Below are positions 20,303 through 27,234 of a DNA stretch of 61,422 nucleotides, one piece after another (position 1 is the stretch's first letter; the number at the start of each line of letters is the position of its first letter). The notes below the pieces were generated by a model, which ran no database searches, was not told where the DNA came from, and saw only the letters and a program-made list of their open reading frames with translations. The stretch comes from a virus (taxonomy: Duplodnaviria; Caudoviricetes), in the IMG/VR virus record IMGVR_UViG_3300013126_000033, positions 1-61,422 of that record. The stretch is one strand, 5' to 3'. The position numbers were made by a program, and so were the translations under genes.

Positions 20303-20409
20303 TTTAAGATAGTAGATTGACAAGAGATTTACCAATACTGTAATATTGGATCCTCAAGTTAACTTACAGGTTGATGCCATATATGGAGCATCCAATCTAC
20401 TATCTTAAA
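20303..20409 (+). ncRNA. structured RNA closed by a perfect 17-bp stem
   Basis: TTTAAGATAGTAGATTG / CAATCTACTATCTTAAA. Confidence 0.6.
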
Positions 20410-20447
20410 AATATTTTTAAAATAATGTAAAATCATCGGAAATTTTG

Positions 20448-20455
20448 TATAAATA
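20448..20455 (+). promoter_or_regulatory. T4 late promoter
   Basis: TATAAATA ending 5 nt before the leader ATG. Confidence 0.75.
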
Positions 20456-20460
20456 ATTTT

Positions 20461-20589
20461 ATGACTAAACTAATACAACAACTCGGAACTTGCCACTCGC
20501 AGCTAAGTAATTTAGCGACGATGAATATTGCTCCGCGCAATGAGTTTGTAGGTTCATGGGATTATAAACCAAGGACACGGGTTAGTTAA
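20461..20589 (+). CDS. putative attenuator leader peptide (42 aa, all 20 amino acids)
   Basis: MTKLIQQLGTCHSQLSNLATMNIAPRNEFVGSWDYKPRTRVS; 34 distinct codons. Confidence 0.7.
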   Translation: MTKLIQQLGTCHSQLSNLATMNIAPRNEFVGSWDYKPRTRVS

Positions 20590-20615
20590 AGTTTAAGTAA
20601 TAAAAGAATTTTACC

Positions 20616-20650
20616 AAACCCGAGATTAAACACCTCGGGTTTTTTGTTTT
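20616..20650 (+). terminator. intrinsic terminator of the putative attenuator
   Basis: AAACCCGAG-9nt-CTCGGGTTT followed by TTTGTTTT; 5' arm can alternatively pair with 20578-20594. Confidence 0.85.
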
Positions 20651-20750
20651 AGAAATACAAAAAGTTACAAAATAGTTTTAAAAACACTTTACATTAATTA
20701 ATAATTATGTTATAATGACTTTATTAAATTAATTGATGTGTTAAATTAAT

Positions 20751-20763
20751 TGCTCTTTAAAAA
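20751..20763 (+). promoter_or_regulatory. rrn-type boxA antitermination site
   Basis: TGCTCTTTAAAAA versus consensus TGCTCTTTAACA, just before tRNA-Glu. Confidence 0.75.
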
Positions 20764-20778
20764 TTTATATTTTATTAT

Positions 20779-20853
20779 GTTCCGTTCGACTTCAGGTGAG
20801 GTCACTACCCTTTCAAGGTAGCTAGATGGGATCGATACCCATACGGAACACCA
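20779..20853 (+). tRNA. tRNA-Glu(TTC)
   Basis: cloverleaf, CCA. Confidence 0.9.
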
Positions 20854-21468
20854 TATTAAAACATATTTGACGGATAGGATATCTGCAATGCGCAGAGTCT
20901 TATTCGGTGAAGCTGACACTTTGCGAAAATCTATGTTGTCAGACATAGAAAATATTGAGTATGTTTTAATATGGTTGAACGGGGTGGTATGTAGGAACGA
21001 ATCGATTAAGTTCTGAGGACCGGGATGGCTCCCCAGCCTAGCAACACTAGGCACCATATAAAAGCACATTGTACTGCACTCGATTTTAGTTGTACGTAGG
21101 ATACACCGAGTGGCAATCCTACCAGTGTGTTTTTATATGGTAAAAGTTAGTAAGACTATGGTGCCTGGTCTAGACCACCAGGAGTGTTCGCCTAAACCTT
21201 ATTGCTTTACTGCTTGGTCGGCAGAACCATATATGGTAGTGTAATGGCAAAAGTGTGGATTAATTACCCACGTTAGTAGCGACCTGGAAGCGGATGGACG
21301 GACGTGACTGTAGGCCATCAAGGTAGTCAACATTACAGACCATATAAAAACACATTGGGTGCGTGGGAATTGGGTATACCGCGACGGCTGGACTGGAGGC
21401 TTAAACCAGTTGAAATAAACCGTAGCAATGTCTAGGTTCGAATCCTAGTCTAGTGTGTTTCTATATGG
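20851..21468 (+). repeat. array of CCATAT(A/T)AAA(A/G)CA.ATT ... GT.TGTTT..ATATGG inverted-repeat cassettes
   Basis: units 20851-20974, 21054-21140, 21340-21468; empty CCATATATGG at 21227-21236. Confidence 0.8.
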
Positions 21469-21557
21469 TAGTAACTATATCGAGGAGACTTCTTAGGGTT
21501 CAATTCCCATTAGCTGATCCCTACGATGGTTCGGAGGTTTCCGTGATATAGTTATTA
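21469..21557 (+). ncRNA. long-stem structured RNA
   Basis: TAGTAACTATATCG / TGATATAGTTATTA closing stem; internal T-loop-like GGGTTCAATTCCC. Confidence 0.5.
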
Positions 21558-21558
21558 T

Positions 21559-21642
21559 GCGTGGTAGGTCATAATGGTATGACACCTGACTGTAAATCAG
21601 ACGCCCCTGGCATAGTAGGTTCGATCCCTACACCACGCACCA
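21559..21642 (+). tRNA. tRNA-Tyr(GTA)
   Basis: cloverleaf with long variable arm, CCA. Confidence 0.9.
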
Positions 21643-21648
21643 AGTATT

Positions 21649-21750
21649 TGCGGAGTTTGGTACTAATCTAGGCTGCAGCCATAATCCTTGCTAATCGCGG
21701 TTAGTGACAGATTATGAAAACTAGATGACAAGGTTCAATTCCTTACCGCA
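21649..21750 (+). ncRNA. tRNA-like RNA with extended anticodon arm
   Basis: TGCGG/CCGCA ends; AAGG-TTCAATT-CCTT T-arm. Confidence 0.55.
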
Positions 21751-21759
21751 TCTTATTTT

Positions 21760-21884
21760 TAAGACTGAAGCATTCTGACGTGATGCTAGGGAATAAGGAT
21801 AATAGATACCTCGAGCGATTTCTATTATAGATAAACCCGACTTGTAGATCAAGTGAAGTTTGGTGCGAGTCCAAACCAGTTTTA
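21760..21884 (+). ncRNA. tRNA-like RNA with extended anticodon arm
   Basis: TAAGACTG/CAGTTTTA acceptor-like stem, D-like arm, variable arm, GTTTGG-TGCGAGT-CCAAAC. Confidence 0.55.
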
Positions 21885-21889
21885 GTTTT

Positions 21890-21965
21890 AGGAGTATAGT
21901 ATAACGACTTATTACATCTGGCTTTTAACCAGTCTATCAGGGTTTGATTCCCTGTGCTCCTACCA
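21890..21965 (+). tRNA. tRNA-Lys(TTT)
   Basis: cloverleaf, CCA. Confidence 0.85.
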
Positions 21966-21973
21966 AGTTTTAT

Positions 21974-22048
21974 AGCGGTTAAATCGAATGGCTCAGATAC
22001 TACTCTTTGAAAGTAGGTAAGATGGATCGTAACCATCAACCGCTGCCA
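21974..22048 (+). tRNA. tRNA-Gln(TTG)
   Basis: cloverleaf, CCA. Confidence 0.85.
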
Positions 22049-22058
22049 AGTTTTAAAT

Positions 22059-22149
22059 GGAAGGTGATGTAACCGGGGATGTTACGGCTGTTTTGAAAGC
22101 AGCGCGAGCCTGAAAAGGCCAGGAGTTCGATTCTGCCCTCCTTCCGCCA
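22059..22149 (+). tRNA. tRNA-Ser(TGA)
   Basis: long variable arm, CCA; irregular T stem. Confidence 0.8.
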
Positions 22150-22266
22150 GTTTTATGTATCTTATAGTTTACAAACTATATGTTTTGTATATTATAAGAA
22201 ACAGTTTGAGAGAAACCTGTAACATTATGTATTCGAGGTTAGGAGAGTACAGGAAACCGCTCAATT

Positions 22267-22356
22267 GGAAGTTTATCTAGTCTGGGAAACTAGCGAAGTT
22301 TGCTAAACTTTAGGAGCCTATAAGGGCCGAGGGTTCGATTCCCTAAACTTCCGCCA
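22267..22356 (+). tRNA. tRNA-Ser(GCT)
   Basis: long variable arm, CCA. Confidence 0.9.
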
Positions 22357-22361
22357 GATTT

Positions 22362-22438
22362 GCCCTTGTGATGGAATTGGGATACATGTTAGTCTTAGAA
22401 ACTAAATTTTGCGGGTTCGACTCCCGCTGAGGGCACCA
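22362..22438 (+). tRNA. tRNA-Leu(TAG), short variable arm
   Basis: cloverleaf, CCA. Confidence 0.85.
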
Positions 22439-22512
22439 GAGCAAACATCATAGGATACTATGGTCAACGGTTGTAAGTGACGATGGGTGATATCGGAACT
22501 TTCAAGAACAAT

Positions 22513-22590
22513 TGTGGTAGAGCAAGCAAGGTGTAAGCGACTGACTGTTAATCAGTATAGAGCTAGGTTCGATTCCTAGTACCACAGCCA
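22513..22590 (+). tRNA. tRNA-Asn(GTT)
   Basis: cloverleaf, CCA. Confidence 0.9.
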
Positions 22591-22595
22591 GAATA

Positions 22596-22667
22596 CTCTC
22601 AGTGGGCCAGAGGTTGGTCACTACGTTTGGGGCGTAGACGATGTAGGTTCGAGTCCTACCTGAGAGA
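22596..22667 (+). tRNA. tRNA-Pro(TGG), no encoded CCA
   Basis: cloverleaf. Confidence 0.8.
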
Positions 22668-22705
22668 CATTTAGTTCGAGTTTGAAAAAGTATATTGAAG
22701 AATAT

Positions 22706-22779
22706 AGTTCATTAGCTCAAAAGTAGAGCATACGACTGATAATCGTAAGACATAGGAGCATTACCTATATGAACTACCA
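22706..22779 (+). tRNA. tRNA-Ile(GAT)
   Basis: cloverleaf, atypical T-loop, CCA. Confidence 0.85.
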
Positions 22780-22784
22780 GTTTT

Positions 22785-22859
22785 GCCCTTGAAACATAAA
22801 CAGTGATGTGCCTGCCTTGTAAGCAGGATAACCCGGCGCAAGTCCGGGCAAGGGCTCCA
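22785..22859 (+). tRNA. tRNA-Thr(TGT)
   Basis: cloverleaf, CCA. Confidence 0.85.
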
Positions 22860-22867
22860 GTTTAAAT

Positions 22868-22942
22868 GCCTCGTTGATATAGTGGTTTATTATGTCCGCC
22901 TGTCTAGTGGAACAGAGGAGTTCGATTCTCCTACGAGGCGCC
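22868..22942 (+). tRNA. tRNA-Asp(GTC), ends CC without A
   Basis: cloverleaf. Confidence 0.85.
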
Positions 22943-22997
22943 CTTGAGTTGATGTCAAGACTCGAACTTTTATAAATAGAGTATATAGGAGAAAACT

Positions 22998-23624
22998 ATG
23001 TACTTTACAATTTATAAAATAACAAACAAGATTGATGGCAAATTCTATATTGGAAGCCATAAGACCAAAGATCTTGATGACAATTATATAGGTTCAGGTA
23101 AATATCTGAAATATGCTCAAGAAAAATATGGATTAGAATATTTTGAAAAAGAAATTCTACACGTATTTCAAACACCTGAAGAAATGTATGCTAAAGAAGC
23201 TGAAATAGTTAATGAAGATTTTTTAGCATCAGCAAATACGTATAACTTAAAAATAGGTGGATTTGGTGGATGGGATTATTTAAATGAAACTGGTTTAAAT
23301 AATTCAACTAAGTCAAAAGAACAATTGCAACGAGGTGGATTTAAGAATAAAGGTAAAGAGAATCCATTTGCATCTAGACAAATGAAACAAAAACATTTAG
23401 ATGGAAAAATTAAGTATAATACATTTACAGGTAAAACACATACAGATGAAACTAAACAAAAAATCGGTGAAAAGAATTCTATAAATCAATCTGGTGAAAA
23501 AAATTCACAGTATGGTACTATGTGGATTAATAATGGTTTAGTGAATAAAAAGATTAAAAAAGAAGATATTATTCCAGATGGTTGGAATAAAGGTAGAAAG
23601 ATAAAACAAGTTATACCCTCTTAG
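22998..23624 (+). mobile_element. Seg-like GIY-YIG homing endonuclease in the tRNA array
   Basis: TIYKITNKIDGKFYIG, YIGSG, YNLKIGG, NUMOD3-like HTDETKQKI; TATAAATA at 22971. Confidence 0.92.
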
Positions 23625-23691
23625 CACAATGGATTAGTGCAACGGTCTACGAAGCCGTAGGTTGTAGGTTCAAGTCCTACAGAGGGTGCCA
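23615..23691 (+). tRNA. tRNA-Arg(ACG)
   Basis: cloverleaf, CCA; overlaps endonuclease stop codon. Confidence 0.9.
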
Positions 23692-23696
23692 GTTAT

Positions 23697-23772
23697 ACTC
23701 GGTTAGCTCAGCGGTAGCAGCAGCGCCCTTACAAGGCGAAGGTCGTAAGTTCAATCCTTACACCGAGTACCA
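23697..23772 (+). tRNA. tRNA-Val(TAC)
   Basis: cloverleaf, CCA. Confidence 0.9.
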
Positions 23773-23778
23773 TATAAT

Positions 23779-23854
23779 GGATCTCAGACCAATCTGGTGA
23801 TGGTGCAAGTCTGAAAAGCTTGAAAGCTCGGATCGAAACCGAGGGGATCCACCA
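23779..23854 (+). tRNA. tRNA-Phe(GAA)
   Basis: cloverleaf, CCA. Confidence 0.9.
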
Positions 23855-23923
23855 AAAATATTTGTTTACATTAATTAAATCTTATGATATAATGTACTTA
23901 TAAATTGATAAAGGAATTATAAT

Positions 23924-24250
23924 ATGTTTTTACATATCATCAAAACAATTCTGGTGGTAATTTTGCAGTAGGTGATTCAGTGGCTCATACTGTTATTATT
24001 GAAGCAAAAACTGCAGAACAAGCAGATGATAAAGCACAAGAAATTGGTATCTATTTTAATGGTTGTGAAGAAGAAATAGATTGTCCTTGTTGTGGTGATC
24101 GTTGGACTACTGCCTGTGAGGGCACCGCAACCCCCATTAATTTATAGTACCCCAGCTGAAGAATATTACGAAAATTGGGGAAAAATTGGTGAAGTTTATT
24201 GCTATATCTATATGGCAGATGGAACTGTTAAAAAATTAATTAAAGAATGA
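23924..24250 (+). pseudogene. phage protein (QNNSGG...IYFNG...DCPCCGDRW) broken by two homopolymer frameshifts
   Basis: adding a T at 23927-23931 and removing a C at 24131-24135 restores one ORF ending in an ATGA overlap. Confidence 0.65.
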
Positions 24251-24555
24251 AATACAAATACGGCGGAAAGATATTCGTAGTTACTGGTAATAAAGCAGAG
24301 TTTATGGTATATAGAAATAAAACTCTTAAGGAAGTTGCCAACTATGGTGAACATTATAGGATTAGTGATATAATTTATGTTGCTCAACCTATAACTTTAA
24401 AAGGTTGTAGAGATGTTCATGGTGTATTTTATGGTAACTGGAAACAACATCCATACATTATAGATATTATACATCAAATAGTTATTTGTAATTCTGCAAC
24501 ACCAACAAATTTACCAGATTGTATTAGAAATTTTTATTTAGAGAATATAAAATGA
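24247..24555 (+). CDS. hypothetical protein
   Basis: ORF in operon. Confidence 0.5.
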   Translation: MKYKYGGKIFVVTGNKAEFMVYRNKTLKEVANYGEHYRISDIIYVAQPITLKGCRDVHGVFYGNWKQHPYIIDIIHQIVICNSATPTNLPDCIRNFYLENIK

Positions 24556-24714
24556 CACAAATATATAAAGTGATTAAAGAAAATGATATGATCACATTCC
24601 AACGAGAGGTAAATAGTTATCTTTCAGCTGGATGGAGACTTAATGGCGGAATGACTGTAACAATACAACATACAACAGCAATGTATTATCAATCTTTATA
24701 TAAAGAAGTGTCAA

Positions 24715-25137
24715 ATGATTAAAAGAAATCAATTAGGAGTTATTTTTAATGTTTACCAAGGAAAACATAGAAAGGTGCTTACTGTGTGTAGCGCTGGTTG
24801 TCTTCGTAGTCCTACCGCTGCTCATATCCTTAGTTCCGAACCTTGGAACTTTAATACTAGATGTGCGGGAACCAGTGAGGAATATGCTATTGTTCCAGTA
24901 ACAGAAGCACTAGTTGCATGGGCAGATGTTATTCTAGTGATGGATCAGTTTCAATGGAAATACATTATGGATATGCAGAATAAGATGTTCAATGAAACTC
25001 AATTAGGTATGCATGAGTTTGAATTTACACCAATCCATAATTTAGAAATTGAAGATGAATTCAGTTACAGAGATCCTAAATTAGTTGAAATTATGACAGA
25101 GAAATTTAAGGAATTATTTCCTATAGATAAGGAATAG
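24715..25137 (+). CDS. low-molecular-weight phosphatase-like protein
   Basis: VCSAGCLRS (Cx5R) P-loop; WADVILVMD. Confidence 0.8.
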   Translation: MIKRNQLGVIFNVYQGKHRKVLTVCSAGCLRSPTAAHILSSEPWNFNTRCAGTSEEYAIVPVTEALVAWADVILVMDQFQWKYIMDMQNKMFNETQLGMHEFEFTPIHNLEIEDEFSYRDPKLVEIMTEKFKELFPIDKE

Positions 25138-25140
25138 ATT

Positions 25141-25350
25141 ATGACTGAATTTGTAGATGTTAAATGGTATTGTGCTGGTCACGGTAATGTAGGCATCGTA
25201 AAAGTAAATGACAATTATGATGGAATCAAATACTACATTGGTTCTTTTCCTGGTGAAGAAAAAGGGCACAATGAGGAAGAAGACATCCAATGGATCATGG
25301 ATTGGGGTTCAACATTCCCAAAAGAAGCAGGTGATTTATTATTTGGATAG
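25141..25350 (+). CDS. hypothetical phage protein
   Basis: KYYIG...EEEDIQWIMDWGSTFP. Confidence 0.55.
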   Translation: MTEFVDVKWYCAGHGNVGIVKVNDNYDGIKYYIGSFPGEEKGHNEEEDIQWIMDWGSTFPKEAGDLLFG

Positions 25351-25422
25351 ATGCCCGAGAGGCCTAAGGGAACTGATTGCAAACCAGTAAGATCGTCGGT
25401 TCGAATCCGACTCTATCCTCCA
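25345..25422 (+). tRNA. tRNA-Cys(GCA)
   Basis: cloverleaf, CCA. Confidence 0.9.
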
Positions 25423-25429
25423 GTTTTAT

Positions 25430-25462
25430 TCCGGGTAAGTGTTACGGTAGCACAGAAGTTTC
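25430..25462 (+). pseudogene. orphan 5' half of a tRNA (probably Trp), ending in the anticodon loop
   Basis: TCCGGGT-AA-GTGT-TACGGTA-GCAC-A-GAAGT-TTC then the endonuclease promoter. Confidence 0.6.
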
Positions 25463-25494
25463 ACATTTTATAAATATAAGTAGGAGGATCAAAA

Positions 25495-26112
25495 ATGATT
25501 TACTACTTATATAAAATAACAAACTTAGTGAATGATAAGATTTACATAGGTGTCCATAAAACTAAAGATTTGAATGATGGATATATGGGATCTGGAAAAG
25601 TTATTAAAGATGCTATTAAAAAGTATGGCAATGATAACTTTAAAAAGGAAATATTAGAATTTTTTGATAATCAAGATCAAATGTTTCTAAGAGAAAAAGA
25701 AGTAGTCAATGAGGAATTTATTCTTAGAGAAGATACTTATAATCTTAGACGAGGAGGTTTTGGTGGATTTGATTATCTAAATTCTAAAAAAACTTTTGAA
25801 GATAGAAGTAAAATGGGCAAAAGATGCCATGAGCTTCATCCAGATTTAGCTATGAAAAATTTATCTAAAGGGTGGACAAAGGAAGCTCATATTAAAGGTG
25901 CTTCTACAATGAAACAAAAATATGGTGAAGATTATTACCAAAAAATTGGTGGAATATTAAAACCAAAATCTGAAGACCATAAGAAACAAATTAGTGAATC
26001 TTTAAAAGGATTTAAACAAAAGCAAGTTGAATGTCCTCATTGCGGTAAAGTAGGTGGAGAAAATGCAATGAATAGACATCACTTTAATAAGTGTAAGAAT
26101 ATTACCCGTTAG
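25495..26112 (+). mobile_element. Seg-like GIY-YIG homing endonuclease
   Basis: YLYKITNLVNDKIYIG, YMGSG, C-terminal CPHC; TATAAATA at 25469. Confidence 0.92.
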
Positions 26113-26178
26113 TTTAAGTTGGTAAAACGAGAGTCTCCAAAACTTTAGTCGGCGGATCGTCACCGTCACGGGTAGCCA
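26103..26178 (+). tRNA. tRNA-Trp(CCA)
   Basis: cloverleaf, CCA; overlaps endonuclease stop codon. Confidence 0.9.
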
Positions 26179-26282
26179 GAATTTACAGGGGTAGGCGCTT
26201 ATGCCTGTAGACGTTGTATGGGAATATGAGTACGTGAAGCTCATATACGTTGCAATCCGAGAAGGGGGAGCGCATCATCAAT

Positions 26283-26358
26283 GGTGATATTAATGTAGTG
26301 GTTAGCATATTAGGCTGTGAACCTTATAGGACGAGTTCGAATCTCGTATATCACCCCA
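26283..26358 (+). tRNA. tRNA-His(GTG)
   Basis: G-1, cloverleaf, CCA. Confidence 0.9.
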
Positions 26359-26372
26359 ATTAAGGATATATT

Positions 26373-26555
26373 ATGATTATTAATGAAACCCATAAAGAAG
26401 ATTGCACGTGCAGTTATTGCTATGGATATAGTAAACTGCATTATGGTTTAAATGTTCCAAGACGATGGAAAGAATTTAATTCTTGGTATGTGATTAAATA
26501 CTGGAAACGGTCTTACTTTAAATGGACCAATACTTGGTTGAGGTATTTTAAATGA
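26373..26555 (+). CDS. hypothetical protein
   Basis: AAGGA RBS. Confidence 0.45.
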   Translation: MIINETHKEDCTCSYCYGYSKLHYGLNVPRRWKEFNSWYVIKYWKRSYFKWTNTWLRYFK

Positions 26556-26965
26556 AATTTCATAAAGATGGTAGCAGACCTTTATTTGGTCATATATTTG
26601 TGTTCGGTTCTAATCTAGCTGCTATTCATGTCGCTGGCGCTGCATTGGCAGCAAAAATGTATTATGGTGCATCTTATGATGTTCCATCTGGACCATGTAA
26701 CCACAGTTATGCCATACCAACAAAAGACATGGAATTTGAATGTTTATCTTTAGATAAGATTAATCAATTTGTTATACATTTCGTTAACTACACTCAGCTG
26801 CATCCAACTAAACAATTCTTTGTCACTAGAGTTGGTTGTGGTTTAGCAGGTAATAGAGATGAAGACATAGCACCTATGTTCAGAGGATGTGGTGATAATT
26901 GCAGTTTCGCTGAAGAATGGCGAGAGTATTTAGAAGATAAACCTGTAGAGAATAGATTATATTAA
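26552..26965 (+). CDS. macrodomain-like protein
   Basis: IFVFGSN..IH.AGAA, SYAIPT, VTRVGCGLAG. Confidence 0.65.
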   Translation: MKFHKDGSRPLFGHIFVFGSNLAAIHVAGAALAAKMYYGASYDVPSGPCNHSYAIPTKDMEFECLSLDKINQFVIHFVNYTQLHPTKQFFVTRVGCGLAGNRDEDIAPMFRGCGDNCSFAEEWREYLEDKPVENRLY

Positions 26966-27178
26966 ATGAAGTCTCTTCCAGGAAATATAGGTAACGTAAA
27001 AATGAATGGCAAGAAACATAAACTGTTATCTTGTGGATGTTGTGAGTGTCAAGACTTCAGAGACAAATACAACATGGAATTAATGAGAAAAGATATTGAA
27101 AGTTATAATTCTCTAGACACTAAAGAGCAAGTCGAAGAATTATACAAAGAAGAAACTGGTAATGTAGGACAATGGTAG
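26966..27178 (+). CDS. hypothetical protein
   Basis: Cys cluster CGCCEC; 3' end overlaps tRNA. Confidence 0.45.
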   Translation: MKSLPGNIGNVKMNGKKHKLLSCGCCECQDFRDKYNMELMRKDIESYNSLDTKEQVEELYKEETGNVGQW

Positions 27179-27232
27179 TCCACCACCCTCATAAGGTGTT
27201 TGTTAGTGGTTCAAGTCCACTCATTACCACCA
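27158..27232 (+). tRNA. tRNA with CAT anticodon (Met or lysidine-Ile2)
   Basis: cloverleaf, CCA. Confidence 0.85.
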
Positions 27233-27234
27233 AC

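Noticed and set aside
20851-21468. CRISPR array
   Set aside because: Repeats alternate in orientation, are degenerate, and enclose long structured segments of unequal length; no cas operon is present.
21649-21750. tRNA-Ala(TGC) or tRNA-Cys(GCA) call
   Set aside because: No canonical 7-nt loop, short acceptor stem and no CCA; left as tRNA-like.
20746-22039. Minus-strand ORFs 20746-21069 and 21743-22039
   Set aside because: Antisense to tRNA and ncRNA genes; no RBS or protein motifs.
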